Assembly: GCA_963718235.1 (NCBI GenBank)
Contig: CAVQYR010000001.1
Span: forward strand, 1,984,001-2,048,000
From: an uncultured Actinomycetota bacterium
GTDB lineage: Bacteria > Actinomycetota > Actinomycetes > JAHEKZ01
Length of the DNA: 64,000 nt
Reading direction: 5' to 3'
Shown here: piece after piece, positions 10,899 through 20,846 of the stretch
Layout of the letters: the number at the start of each line of letters is the position of its first letter
Position numbering within the stretch: the first letter of the stretch is position 1
Program-made: the position numbers and the translations under genes
The notes under the pieces: generated by a model
Seen by the model: the letters and a program-made list of their open reading frames with translations, nothing else
Database searches by the model: none
What the model was told of the DNA's origin: nothing

Positions 10899-12454
10899 GC
10901 CAGTGGTCCGGCCACCTGCTCGGCCGCCGAGACCATCTGAGGCAGCAGGGCGTTGGCAGCCACGAGCTGAGGGGCCACGATCCGGTCGACGTCCATGCGA
11001 GGCACCTCGCTCCGTAGGACCTCTGCGGCGGCACTCACCGCGGCGCTGGGGCTGGCGATGTCCCCCCGCAGGTCGAGGGCCTGCGCCGCGCAGACGAGCT
11101 CGACGGAGAGAACAGCGCGCACGTTGTGCACCACAGAACGAAGCTTGCGCATCGAGGTCCATCCCATCGACACGTGGTCCTCCTGGTTGCCCGAGGTGGG
11201 GATGGTGTCGACGCTGCTGGGATGAGCCAGCACCTTGTTCTCGCTCACGAGCGAGGCGGCTGTGTACTGAGCGAGCATGAAGCCGCTGTTGGTGCCGGCA
11301 GCGGGCGCCAAGAAGGGCGGGAGCCCGCGGGAGAAGGCGGGGTCGAGCATCCGGTCCGTGCGACGCTCGCTGATCGAGGCGATCTCGGAGACGGCCATGC
11401 ACAAGGCATCGGCGGCGAAGGCCAGCGGCTCTCCGTGGAAGTTGCCGGTCGACATCACCTCGAAGCCCGGCCCGTCGGCCCGCGGCACGATGACCGGGTT
11501 GTCGACGACCGACGCGAGCTCGATGGTGAGCACGCGCTCGGCGTGGGCCAGCACGTCGCGGACGGCGCCGTGCACCTGTGGCGCGCAGCGCAGAGCGTAG
11601 GAGTCCTGCACTGCGTGCTCGGTGTCGTGCCGGTGGCTGGCCAGCAAACCGGAGCCGGCGAGCAGGCGCCGCAGGTTGTCGGCGCTGGTCAGCTGGCCCG
11701 GATGCGGCCGGATGTCGATGACGCGCGGGTCGTAGGCCCGGTCGGTGCCGAGCAGAGCGTCCAGAGACATGGCGCAGGCCAGGTCCGCCCCCTGCACCAG
11801 GAGCCGGACGTCGTCGATGGCCAGCGTCAGCATCGCCTGCATCGGCTCGGTGCCGTTGATGAGGGACAGGCCCTCCTTGGGGGCCAGGACGAGCGGCTCG
11901 ATCCCGTGCTCGGCCAGGACGTCCGCGGCCGGCCTCCCGGCGTCCGGCGGTTCGCCGTCCACCCGGAGCAGTCCTTCGCCGACCAGCGGGAGCGCCAGGT
12001 GGGCCAGCTGGGCCAGGTCACCGGACGCCCCGACGCTGCCCTGGTCGGGAACGATGGGAAGCAGGCCGTGGCGGAGCAGCTCGAGGAGCTTGCCGGGCAG
12101 CTCGACCCGCACACCGGACAGCCCGACGGTGAGGGTGCGGGCGCGCAGCAGGAGCAGGGCCCGGACGACGTCGTCGGGGAGCGGGTCGCCGATCGCGGCG
12201 GCGTGGGAGCGCACCAGCGCCAGCTGCATGGCCTCCAGGTCGGCTGGCGCGATCCGGGTGTTGGCCAGTGCGCCGAAACCGGTGGTGATCCCGTACATCA
12301 CCCGGTTCTCGGCGACGGCCGAGGCCACCACGTCCCGGCTCCCCGCCATGCGCGCCGCCACGTCGGGACCGAGCTCGGCGTCCGCTCCGTGACGGGCGAC
12401 GTCGATCACGTCGGTCAGGTCGAGGGGGTCGCCGGTGACGGCTACGGTACGCAC
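10895..12454 (-). CDS. hutH: Histidine ammonia-lyase
   Basis: YGITTGFG, GSVGASGDL (MIO Ala-Ser-Gly), KEGLSLINGT, QDSYALRCAPQVHG, GNFHG, NQEDHVSMG motifs. Likely GTG start at 12454 after a TAGCGT -10-like hexamer. Confidence 0.95.
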   Translation of the reverse strand: MRTVAVTGDPLDLTDVIDVARHGADAELGPDVAARMAGSRDVVASAVAENRVMYGITTGFGALANTRIAPADLEAMQLALVRSHAAAIGDPLPDDVVRALLLLRARTLTVGLSGVRVELPGKLLELLRHGLLPIVPDQGSVGASGDLAQLAHLALPLVGEGLLRVDGEPPDAGRPAADVLAEHGIEPLVLAPKEGLSLINGTEPMQAMLTLAIDDVRLLVQGADLACAMSLDALLGTDRAYDPRVIDIRPHPGQLTSADNLRRLLAGSGLLASHRHDTEHAVQDSYALRCAPQVHGAVRDVLAHAERVLTIELASVVDNPVIVPRADGPGFEVMSTGNFHGEPLAFAADALCMAVSEIASISERRTDRMLDPAFSRGLPPFLAPAAGTNSGFMLAQYTAASLVSENKVLAHPSSVDTIPTSGNQEDHVSMGWTSMRKLRSVVHNVRAVLSVELVCAAQALDLRGDIASPSAAVSAAAEVLRSEVPRMDVDRIVAPQLVAANALLPQMVSAAEQVAGPLA

Positions 12455-12509
12455 GGTCCCCCACGCTAGTCGCCGCCCCGGCTCCGGAGTAGAGGCGGCT
12501 CCACCCCGC

Positions 12510-12567
12510 CGATTCCGGAGCTGCGGCGTCCTCGAACCCATGGATTCCCACCACAGCTCCGGAGTCG
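12510..12567. repeat. REP-like palindromic element, copy 1
   Basis: Arms CGATTCCGGAGCTG (12510-12523) and CAGCTCCGGAGTCG (12554-12567) are 13/14 complementary. Confidence 0.6.
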
Positions 12568-12839
12568 TCGTCAGCCGGCCCAACCCTGCTGCCGCAACGC
12601 GGAGCGGACGGCTCGGGCAGCTCGCCGGGAGGCACAGGTCACGACCCAGGTGGACGGAGGCCCGCGTCCGGAACAGATGGCGAGCGACTTGGTGCTTGAC
12701 GTCGGAGCAGCGCACCGGTCCGCCCGTCAGACGGGGCGGAAGCGTCGGACGTCGAGGCATCCGGGCAGCCTGCGCTCCCCGGAAGCGAGCACCCGCGACG
12801 TCGACGACCGCTGTGGACGACGACGCCGCCCCCACCCGC

Positions 12840-12897
12840 CGATTCCGCAGTCATGTAGTCGTTTTGCGCCTGTGTGGACACCGAGACTCCGGATTCG
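12840..12897. repeat. REP-like palindromic element, copy 2
   Basis: Arms CGATTCCGCAGTC and GACTCCGGATTCG are 11/13 complementary. Shares the CCACC(C)CGCCGATTCCG lead-in with copy 1. Confidence 0.55.
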
Positions 12898-13011
12898 ACA
12901 TCGCCTTCGGGGCGGCACCCGACTTTGTTGCCCCTGAGCGGAGATCGGCTATGGTGAGCGGACTCTTCAGGGTATGGATTGACCTGTGAGGTCGTCGACA
13001 CACGTCGACGT

Positions 13012-13084
13012 GCGGACGTAGCGCAGCTGGTAGCGCATCACCTTGCCAAGGTGAGGGTCGCGGGTTCGAATCCCGTCGTCCGCT
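13012..13084 (+). tRNA. tRNA-Gly(GCC)
   Basis: GCGGACGTAGCGCAGCTGGTAGCGCATCACCTT-GCC-AAGGTGAGGGTCGCGGGTTCGAATCCCGTCGTCCGCT. Confidence 0.96.
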
Positions 13085-13113
13085 CGGAGGGGCCCCGTCC
13101 GGGGTTTCGTCAA

Positions 13114-13184
13114 GGTGGAGTGGCCGAGAGGCGAGGCAACGGCCTGCAAAGCCGTGTACACGGGTTCAAATCCCGTCTCCACCT
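13114..13184 (+). tRNA. tRNA-Cys(GCA)
   Basis: GGTGGAGTGGCCGAGAGGCGAGGCAACGGCCT-GCA-AAGCCGTGTACACGGGTTCAAATCCCGTCTCCACCT. Confidence 0.96.
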
Positions 13185-13203
13185 CGTAGCATCTGCAACA
13201 CAC

Positions 13204-13278
13204 GGGCGATTGGCGCAGTCTGGCTAGCGCGCTTCCCTGACACGGAAGAGGTCACTGGTTCAAGTCCAGTATCGCCCA
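13204..13278 (+). tRNA. tRNA-Val(GAC)
   Basis: GGGCGATTGGCGCAGTCTGGCTAGCGCGCTTCCCT-GAC-ACGGAAGAGGTCACTGGTTCAAGTCCAGTATCGCCCA. Confidence 0.96.
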
Positions 13279-13287
13279 CAGAACCGA

Positions 13288-13308
13288 CGGCCGTCCTCGG
13301 GACGGCCG
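13288..13308. terminator. GC-rich hairpin after the tRNA cluster (putative terminator/processing stem)
   Basis: CGGCCGTCC-TCG-GGACGGCCG perfect 9-bp stem. No U-tract. Confidence 0.45.
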
Positions 13309-13396
13309 CAAGACGACGCTCCACCTGGTCTCTTGAACGTCCGACCGTGGCCGTGCTTTCGCCCAAGAACCTGGGTCGGACCGGCGCTCCGCTCCC

Positions 13397-16300
13397 CTAG
13401 GACGCGTTGATCACCCGGATCCGGCGGTTGTTGCGGTCGGCGACCCACAGGTTCCCCTGCGAGTCGAGGACGGTCGCCGAAGGTCGCTGCCAGGTCGAGA
13501 ACACCGGGAAGCCTCCGTCGCCGACAAACCCGAACTGCCCGCTTCCGGCCACGGTGTTGATGTTGCCGTCGTGCACGATCCGAATGCGGTTGTTGTTCGA
13601 CTCGCTGATGTACACGTCACCGGCAGGAGTCACCTGGACGTACTGAGGCTTGTGCAGTCCCGCCTCGACGGCCAGCCCGCCATCACCGTCGATCGTGGCG
13701 ACACCCGTTCCGGCGAAGGTGGAGATGATGCCGTTGGTGTCGACGATCCGAACCCGCTCGTTGTCGTAGTCGGCAATGTACACGTTGCCGTCAGCATCGA
13801 CGTCGACGCTGTACGGGCTGTTGAGCCGTGCGGTCGTCGCCGCAATGTCGTCACCGTTGTAGCCCGCGCTCCCCGTGCCGGCGAAGGTGGAGATGACACC
13901 TGCCGGAGTCACCTTGCGAATCTTGTGGTTGCCTCGGTCGGCGATGTACATCGTGCCGTCAGGGGCGAAAGCGACGTCGTACGGCGTCCGCAGGCGAGCT
14001 GCCGTTGCCTGACCGCCGTCGCCGGTGTTGCCGGCCGTACCGGTGCCAACCACCGTCGAGATGATGCCTGCCGGGGTCACTTTGCGGATTCGGTTGTTGC
14101 TGGAGTCCGCGATGTAGAGGTTCCCGACCGCATCGAAAGCCAACCGCACCGGAGCACTCAGCCGGGCGGCTGTGGCCGGCCCACCGTCACCGGAGTACCC
14201 CGCGGTCCCGGTGCCCGCCACGGTCGTCACCGTGCCGTCAGGGTCGATCCGCCGGACGGCGTTGTTGCCGGCGTCCGCGACGTAGATTCGATCTTGTGCG
14301 TCGATGGCGAGGCCCCACGGGGTGTTGAACCCGACGGTGACCGACTGGCGGCCCTCGCCGGATCCGTACGCGGTCGCTCCGCTGCCCGCCGCGGTCCAAA
14401 GCATGTTCTTGCCGCAGTCCTGCGACACATACGCCGCCGCACGGTTGAACAGGTTCCACGCGACAGAGTTGAACTTCGTGGGGTTGTTGGCGCTGAAGAA
14501 CACTCGGCACGCCACAGCGCTCCCCGCACTCATGGTGGCGCCCTCGTGGTACACGAACTCGCTCGGCTGTCCCGACGGCGTCTTGCGGATGACCTCCGCC
14601 GACGCAGCCGGCGTTCCAAAGCCGGTCTCTATTGAGGCTGTGTTGATCGTCTGGGTGCCAGCCAACGCGACGGACAGGGGGTGCATCGACTTGGCCATGA
14701 CCGTCTGTGTCGTGAGCTCGGTCGCGTTTCCGCCGACCGCGGTCATTCCCATCTCGTCGAGCATCCGGCTGTGCAGCACCATCACCGGTCGATCGAGATC
14801 CCGCAGCCTGCTTCCGAGCTTCGCTTCGACCGTGCTCGGGTAGAGGACCACGTACGAGTAGTCGGGCAAGACATCCGACACCTGAACGGTGTTGTCATCA
14901 ACGTAGGTAATGGTGTAGTTGTCCTCGACGTAGTCCTGCACCTTCTTGTCCGAGCCCGACAGGGCCGCGGGGTTGGCCACGACGGCGAGGACCTTCGTTC
15001 CGCCGACGGGTGGGTTGATGGTCACCGTCTGCGACGACGTGGACGTCAGGACTCCGGAATCGTACGTTGCCGAGCCCGTGAATGAGAACGTCGGCTTCGA
15101 GCCGACCGAGCCGGTCACAAACCGGTCGACATGGCAGTACTTCAGCTCGTTCGGTCCCAGGGCGGCCGGCAGTCCGCACTCGCTCGACAGGTCGCCGAAG
15201 GTGGGACTAGTGAGGCTCGTGACCGTCGTGGAACGCTCGAGGTCGAGGTTCATCATCGTGACGTTGAAGCGGACGGTCGCCCCTGGATAGTTGATCTGAC
15301 CCGGGCCGACCACGGTACGCAGCCGGAAGACTGGTGCCGTCGCAATGACCTGGACGGTCGACTTGTCGCTGTCGGTGACCAACGTGCCGTTCGCGTCGGC
15401 GGTAGCGGTTACCGTCGAGCTCACCTCGGCGGCAGCCACCCCGCTGATGGTCTCGGTTGCAGTGGTGCAGCTGTACATCTCTCCGGGCGCCAGCGTCTGC
15501 GGCAGGGCACAGCTGCCCGACCCGTTCAGGTTGCCCATCCGCTCGTCGTTCAGTGCGGTTACCGTCACCGAGCGGTCGAGGTAAGTGTTCTGGACCCGCA
15601 CCTTGTTGGAGACCGTGCCCGACGGCGCGATGACCCACGCCCGGCTCGGCGCCTTACGCACCTCGATGCCGGGAGATGGCGTCGGCCAGAAGGCGTTGCG
15701 ACCGTGGTTCACCACCCCGAAGGCGTCCCCGTCACTTCCTGCGAACAGACCTGCCGGCTCCAGCTCGACGGTGAGGACCCCACGGAACCCTCCCGCGTTC
15801 GGGATCCAGTTCAGCCCGGCACCGGTCTGAGCATCAACCGCCGCGATCTGGAACCGTGGCTGTGTACGCGTCTCGGTCTCGAGGTAACGGAAGTGGCCGC
15901 TGACGTAGACCGTGTCCTGGTCGGCCGCCACGCCCTCCATCGTGTCCCCGATCTTGTCGGTCCACAGGGGAAGCACGTTGCTGCCGCCCGAGGCCATCGG
16001 GAAGGCGTTCAACGAGTCGCACGCCGGGTAGTAGAAGTGCCCGGCGCTCACCACGTAGGCCTTCGTGCCGTCCGGTGAGATGTCGACGTCTCGCATGAAC
16101 CCGACCTTGCCGCTGCGCGCACAGGGCTGGTCATACAAATCGGTGGTCCAATCGGTCACCGACGGTGTCTGCGTCGCCACGTCGATCTGGGCGATCAGTG
16201 GCCGTTCGATGCCCGCGACCTTACGGAAGTTGCCGATGATCATGAGCCGCGTTTCGTCAGAGGACAGCGCCATAGCACGCAGTCCACCCTCACTCATGTC

Positions 16301-17995
16301 GTTTGTGGGCTCGGTCAACGGCATGGAGAAGTCAGGAAGGGTACCGCCCGTCTGCGCATCGATGGCGACGAGACGACTGGCATTGGCATCATTAAAGATG
16401 TCGAAGTTGCCACCGACGTACACCGTGGACCCGTCGGTGCGGACCTGCATGTCCTTGACGTAGGAGTTCGCCGAGGCGTTGAAGCCGGCCACGTTGTTCC
16501 CTGTTGCGATATCCAACTTCGCGATGCGGCTGCGAGGCGCGCCAGCGATTGAGGTGAAGTCGCCACCCACGAAGACGGCCTGCGCGTTGGCCGAGGCCTT
16601 CACGGTGTTGACCTGGCCGTCAGGGTTGGGGTTGAAGTCCGATCGCAGGGCGCCGGTCGTCAGGTCGTACGCAGCCAGTCCGTTGCGCGTGGTGACGCCG
16701 TAGTCGGAGAAGTCTCCGGCGACCAGGAGCGACGACCCCTGTCGCACCAGTGCAAGGGCGCCGCTAGTCCCGCTCACCGCGGGCCGGGCCAGGGAGCGTG
16801 GTGTCTCGTAGTAGGGCACGAGGGCGGTCACGACGCTGGTCGACAGGGCCACTCGGGCGATGATCGCCGGGTTGCCCTTCTCCGGGGTGATTCGGAACGA
16901 GCCACCGATGAAGAGTCCACCGGCACCGTCGAGGGTCAGGGTGCTCACGTTGCCAGTGATGTTGGTCAAGTTGAGCGGGGTTACGGCACCAGTACCCAGG
17001 TCGACCCCGGCGAGCCTGAGCCGGGCCAGCCCGCCCACCTGCCCGAAGGCACCGCCCAGGTAGAGCGTGTTGGTCGACGGGTCCAGCTCGATGTCGAACA
17101 CCGTCCCGTTGACACTGACGTTCAGCGGCCCGAGTGAGCCGGTGGTGCCGTCGACCTGAGCGAGCCGGTTACGGGTGACGCCGTTGACCTTGGTGAACTC
17201 CCCGGCAAGCAGGACCTCGCCGCTCGGTCGAACCACGATGTCGTTGACCGGGGTGTTGGCTACCCCGGGGGCGAACGCGGTGTTCCGCGTGCCGTCGGCG
17301 GCGTTCACGGCTCCGACGCGACGTGTGGTGACCCCACCGATCTGGGCGAAGTCACCGCCCACATAGACCCGCGTCTCGTCGACGGACAGCGCAACCGTAC
17401 GGACGGCTCCTCCGCTGATCGAGCCACCCCACAGCAGCGCGCCTCCCGCACCGAACGAGGCGATGCCGTTGGCCGCCTGGCCGGCGGCGGTCGAAAAGGA
17501 TCCACCAACGATGACACCACCGGTCGTCGTCGCGGCAAGGTCGAGCACCGGTCCGTTGGGCGCCGGGTTGAACGAGGTGACGGCACCACCTGAGTCGACC
17601 TGGGCCAGGTTCGCCCGGTTGACCCCGCCGACGCTGCTGAAGGACCCACCGAGGTACCAGCCGCCCGACCCGTCGGGCACCGCGGCACTGACCGAACCCA
17701 CGACGTCGGGGAAGCCCGGCTGGAAGCTCTTGCCGGCCACGTCGACCACTCCGGCCGCGCCTCGGGTCACCGGGCCGATCTTGGTGAAGTTCCCACCGAT
17801 GACCACCGAGCCACCCACCTGGGCGATCGTGCGGACCTCGCCGTCGACCGCGTGGACCCCCGCGTCACGAGGCCGCTCCGCGACCGTTCCTGGGCGGGAG
17901 TTCGGGTCGGCCGAGGCTGAGGGGACGGCGAGCGCGCCCAGCACACCGATGGAGACAGCCATGGCGGCAGCGGTGGAACGAACGACGAGCTTCAA
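13397..17995 (-). CDS. Large secreted multi-domain protein: beta-propeller repeats, Ig-like domains, C-terminal NHL repeats
   Basis: GGAGG RBS then TTG start. Signal peptide ending ASA-D. Many GGxF..vxG..R..LA.D..TG blades. C.LP..L.P.E...C Ig-like units. About 6 NHL repeats (e.g. AGTGTAGYSGDGGPATAARL..P.....D..GNLYIAD..NNRIRKV). Confidence 0.85.
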   Translation of the reverse strand: MKLVVRSTAAAMAVSIGVLGALAVPSASADPNSRPGTVAERPRDAGVHAVDGEVRTIAQVGGSVVIGGNFTKIGPVTRGAAGVVDVAGKSFQPGFPDVVGSVSAAVPDGSGGWYLGGSFSSVGGVNRANLAQVDSGGAVTSFNPAPNGPVLDLAATTTGGVIVGGSFSTAAGQAANGIASFGAGGALLWGGSISGGAVRTVALSVDETRVYVGGDFAQIGGVTTRRVGAVNAADGTRNTAFAPGVANTPVNDIVVRPSGEVLLAGEFTKVNGVTRNRLAQVDGTTGSLGPLNVSVNGTVFDIELDPSTNTLYLGGAFGQVGGLARLRLAGVDLGTGAVTPLNLTNITGNVSTLTLDGAGGLFIGGSFRITPEKGNPAIIARVALSTSVVTALVPYYETPRSLARPAVSGTSGALALVRQGSSLLVAGDFSDYGVTTRNGLAAYDLTTGALRSDFNPNPDGQVNTVKASANAQAVFVGGDFTSIAGAPRSRIAKLDIATGNNVAGFNASANSYVKDMQVRTDGSTVYVGGNFDIFNDANASRLVAIDAQTGGTLPDFSMPLTEPTNDMSEGGLRAMALSSDETRLMIIGNFRKVAGIERPLIAQIDVATQTPSVTDWTTDLYDQPCARSGKVGFMRDVDISPDGTKAYVVSAGHFYYPACDSLNAFPMASGGSNVLPLWTDKIGDTMEGVAADQDTVYVSGHFRYLETETRTQPRFQIAAVDAQTGAGLNWIPNAGGFRGVLTVELEPAGLFAGSDGDAFGVVNHGRNAFWPTPSPGIEVRKAPSRAWVIAPSGTVSNKVRVQNTYLDRSVTVTALNDERMGNLNGSGSCALPQTLAPGEMYSCTTATETISGVAAAEVSSTVTATADANGTLVTDSDKSTVQVIATAPVFRLRTVVGPGQINYPGATVRFNVTMMNLDLERSTTVTSLTSPTFGDLSSECGLPAALGPNELKYCHVDRFVTGSVGSKPTFSFTGSATYDSGVLTSTSSQTVTINPPVGGTKVLAVVANPAALSGSDKKVQDYVEDNYTITYVDDNTVQVSDVLPDYSYVVLYPSTVEAKLGSRLRDLDRPVMVLHSRMLDEMGMTAVGGNATELTTQTVMAKSMHPLSVALAGTQTINTASIETGFGTPAASAEVIRKTPSGQPSEFVYHEGATMSAGSAVACRVFFSANNPTKFNSVAWNLFNRAAAYVSQDCGKNMLWTAAGSGATAYGSGEGRQSVTVGFNTPWGLAIDAQDRIYVADAGNNAVRRIDPDGTVTTVAGTGTAGYSGDGGPATAARLSAPVRLAFDAVGNLYIADSSNNRIRKVTPAGIISTVVGTGTAGNTGDGGQATAARLRTPYDVAFAPDGTMYIADRGNHKIRKVTPAGVISTFAGTGSAGYNGDDIAATTARLNSPYSVDVDADGNVYIADYDNERVRIVDTNGIISTFAGTGVATIDGDGGLAVEAGLHKPQYVQVTPAGDVYISESNNNRIRIVHDGNINTVAGSGQFGFVGDGGFPVFSTWQRPSATVLDSQGNLWVADRNNRRIRVINAS

Positions 17996-18166
17996 GGGAG
18001 GTACCTCCGGTTGGCGGGCCGCCTCCGGTGCGGCAAAACGCCAGCCCCCAGAAGCCCACCCAGCCTACGCCCCGCTGACCCACTCCCTGGAACAGGTCGC
18101 CGGATTCGCAGCGGACGGTGACCGTGCGTGCACGGTTAGCCCACGCGGGCTACGGGAAGGGACCGG

Positions 18167-18964
18167 TCAGGTCTGGAGTTCCACCCGGGGTAGCTGCGCA
18201 GGTGCGGCACCTGCGTGGTCGCCCGCGCCAGGGGTGTGCACGACGATCCGGGTCCGGTCGGCGCGAAACAGGTCATGGGAGTACTCGATGGGAACACCCT
18301 GCTCGTCGCGCGTCACGCGAGTGACCGACAACAGGGGTGCACCTTCGGCCAGCCCCAGGATCCGGCTCTCGTCGGACGACGCCTCGACGACCTCGATGTG
18401 CTCCACCGCCCCGTCCGGGCGCACCCCGTAGTGCTCCTCGAGCAGCTCGTAGACGGACCCACCGAGCGGGAGGTCCAACAGCCCGGGGAACCGGTCGGCT
18501 GGGAGCCGAGCGTGCTCCAGGGAGATCGGGCTGCGGTTGGCGAGTCGGATCCGCACGATGTCGCACACGAAACCGCCCGGGGGCAGCTCCAGGGCCGCGA
18601 CTGTGTCGTCGTCCGCCGCTACGACCCCGGTACGCACCACGCGGGTTCCCGCGACGATCCCCTGGCTGCGAAGCAGCTGCGGGACGCCGACGACGCGGGA
18701 CAAGTCGCGTTCGACCTTCCCGTGCCCCACGAAAGTCCCCCCACCACGTCCGGGGACGCGGTGCACCGCGCCAGACGCCTCGAGTGCGGCCAGCGCCTGC
18801 CGCAGCGTCGACCGACTCACCCCGAACTCCACTGCCAGCTCTCGCTCGGACCCCAGCCGGTCCCCCGGCTTGAGCTCGCCGCGGTGAATGCGCTCCACGA
18901 TCGTTCGGCGCACCTGGTCGGCCGCCGGCCCCGGGAGCTCCGGAGCCGGGTCAGCATCCCTCAC
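18167..18964 (-). CDS. GntR family regulator, HutC/UTRA subfamily (microcompartment locus regulator)
   Basis: wHTH LGSERELAVEFGVSRSTLRQAL...GGTFV. UTRA domain with SVYELLEEHYG and IEYSHDLFRADR. Confidence 0.9.
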   Translation of the reverse strand: MRDADPAPELPGPAADQVRRTIVERIHRGELKPGDRLGSERELAVEFGVSRSTLRQALAALEASGAVHRVPGRGGGTFVGHGKVERDLSRVVGVPQLLRSQGIVAGTRVVRTGVVAADDDTVAALELPPGGFVCDIVRIRLANRSPISLEHARLPADRFPGLLDLPLGGSVYELLEEHYGVRPDGAVEHIEVVEASSDESRILGLAEGAPLLSVTRVTRDEQGVPIEYSHDLFRADRTRIVVHTPGAGDHAGAAPAQLPRVELQT

Positions 18965-18979
18965 GGCCAGCCTCCATCG

Positions 18980-19765
18980 TCAGGCACGAGCCGCGGCCAG
19001 TGCCTCCAACGACTCCGGAAGAACCTGCCCCCCGTCGACCACGATCGACTGGCCGGTGATGTAGCCGGCTTCGTCGGTCGCGAGGAACAGAGCCGCGTTT
19101 CCGATGTCGGCCACGTCACCGATGCGCCCGAGCGGGATCGACGCGGCCATCCCGGCGATGTAGTCGTCGCCCATACCGATGAGACCCTCGGTCATCACGT
19201 TGCCGGGAAGGACCGCGTTGACGGTGATTCCCATCGGCGCCAGCTCGATCGCCGCGGTACGCATGAAACCCAGCTGAGCGGCCTTGCTCGCTCCGTAGTG
19301 GGACCAACCGGGGTAGCCGGTGATCGGCCCGGTGATGGACGACGTCAGCACCACCCGCCCGTGTCCACTGGCGGTCAGCGCATCGATGCACGCCTGGACC
19401 GACCACAGCGTGCCCTTGACGTTCGTGCCGAGCACGAGGTCCCAGTCGGCCTCCGTCATCTCGGCGAGGCGCTTGTCCGGGAAGACCCCGGCGTTCGCGC
19501 ACAGGACATCGATCCCGCCGTGCCGCTCGACCGCGGTCGCCGCCATGCGTCTGGCGTCGTCCTGCACACTCACATCCGCTACGACGTAGGACACAGAGCC
19601 ACTGGACGACGCAAGGTCGGCCACTGCCGCCTGCGCGGCCGACTCGTCACGGGCTGCTATCAGCACGTTGGCCCCGGCGTCGGCGAAGACCCTGGCGATC
19701 CCCTTTCCTATTCCCTTGCTGCCCCCGGTGACGATCACCGAACGTCCTGCGACCGACGTGAACAT
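18980..19765 (-). CDS. SDR; 1-amino-2-propanol (amino-alcohol) dehydrogenase of RMM/AAU microcompartment
   Basis: [16 protein letters not shown] catalytic motif. [24 protein letters not shown] segment recalled from Rhodococcus/Mycobacterium amino-alcohol dehydrogenases. Locus context. Confidence 0.85.
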   Translation of the reverse strand: MFTSVAGRSVIVTGGSKGIGKGIARVFADAGANVLIAARDESAAQAAVADLASSSGSVSYVVADVSVQDDARRMAATAVERHGGIDVLCANAGVFPDKRLAEMTEADWDLVLGTNVKGTLWSVQACIDALTASGHGRVVLTSSITGPITGYPGWSHYGASKAAQLGFMRTAAIELAPMGITVNAVLPGNVMTEGLIGMGDDYIAGMAASIPLGRIGDVADIGNAALFLATDEAGYITGQSIVVDGGQVLPESLEALAAARA

Positions 19766-19808
19766 TGGACCTCCCTCGGCGTGCCCGGTTCGTCAGGCAC
19801 CGAATCTG

Positions 19809-20828
19809 TCAGGCGAACTGCGACAAGTAGCGCTCCGCCAGCTCACAACTGCCGACCGTATAGCCAGCACCGAGCTCTTGGGCGATCTCGACGGCACTGT
19901 GCGACCCGATCCAGGCCACCAGCAACAGCCGACGGAACATGATGAAGGTCCAGATCTCGTCCTCGTCGGCCTTCGGCAGCTCGAGTACCTGGCGGTAGCC
20001 GCGTACCCACGAGTCGACCATCTCCGGGACCTGCGGGTAGTGCTCGATGAAGCTGACGGCGGTCCCCAGGTCGTACAGGAACCAGCTGAACCCACTGTCG
20101 TCGAAGTCGATGACGCTCACATTGCGGCCTTTGGGAGAGTCCTCCACCAGGAGATTCGCCAGCCTCGTGTCCGCATGCACGAGCCCGAACCGGTCCGGTC
20201 CGGCTCCGAAGGCCTCGAGCCGCCGTCTCAGGGTGTCGTCCAACCGGCCGAGCACCTGGCGCTCCTCGACCCCCACTCCGACGCCCTGCTGCCAACGCCC
20301 CCAGCGAGCCTCCGAGCCGAACGCTGCGTCGTAGTCCCATGCGAAGCGGGTGAAGTCGACGGGACGCACCCACTGCCTGGAGTGCCGGTGCATGCGGGCC
20401 GTGATCCGGCCCAGCTCCTCGAAGTCCTCGACCAGTCGGTCCTCCAGGGGCTCGTGCCCGCCCAGGAACTCGAACATGACCACGTTCCGCGGGTGTGCGG
20501 AGCCGGGGTCGGGCACGGTGACCACCCGCTCGCCGACGGTGGTCGGGATCACGTGCGGTGTGCGGATGTCCGCCTCGTCACGTAGGGCGTCGACCCAGGC
20601 CAGCTCGGACTCGATGGCCTCGCGGGTGTGGTAGTCGAGTCGATGCACGCGCAGGATGTGCTTGTCTCCGGTCATCGGGTCGTCCACGCGGAAGGTCGCG
20701 TTCTCCGACACGTTGAGGAGGGACACCGTGCAGTCCGGCGAGACGTCGTACGCCTCGAGCGCCTGCTGGGCCACCTCGGTCATCCGGGCCAGGACCTCGT
20801 CACCACCCGACAGGTCATGCACCTGCAT
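19809..20828 (-). CDS. Aminoglycoside-phosphotransferase-fold kinase; probable aminopropanol kinase
   Basis: SENATF, LRVHR, HADTRLANLL (HxDxxxxN), IDFDD motifs. Position in the RMM-type operon. Confidence 0.82.
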   Translation of the reverse strand: MQVHDLSGGDEVLARMTEVAQQALEAYDVSPDCTVSLLNVSENATFRVDDPMTGDKHILRVHRLDYHTREAIESELAWVDALRDEADIRTPHVIPTTVGERVVTVPDPGSAHPRNVVMFEFLGGHEPLEDRLVEDFEELGRITARMHRHSRQWVRPVDFTRFAWDYDAAFGSEARWGRWQQGVGVGVEERQVLGRLDDTLRRRLEAFGAGPDRFGLVHADTRLANLLVEDSPKGRNVSVIDFDDSGFSWFLYDLGTAVSFIEHYPQVPEMVDSWVRGYRQVLELPKADEDEIWTFIMFRRLLLVAWIGSHSAVEIAQELGAGYTVGSCELAERYLSQFA

Positions 20829-20846
20829 CAGCCGCCTCCTTCCGCG

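Noticed and set aside
13400-14400. Repetitive DNA as a CRISPR array
   Set aside because: The repeats are degenerate, in frame and encode NHL blades. No identical repeats with spacers and no cas genes in the window.
18167-18964. GntR/UTRA gene as the hut repressor HutC
   Set aside because: It is the last gene of the microcompartment operon, is separated from the hut genes, and candidate operators lie in the BMC promoter.
18980-19765. Annotation as fatty-acid synthesis FabG
   Set aside because: Context and the [12 protein letters not shown] segment point to the amino-alcohol dehydrogenase of RMM loci.
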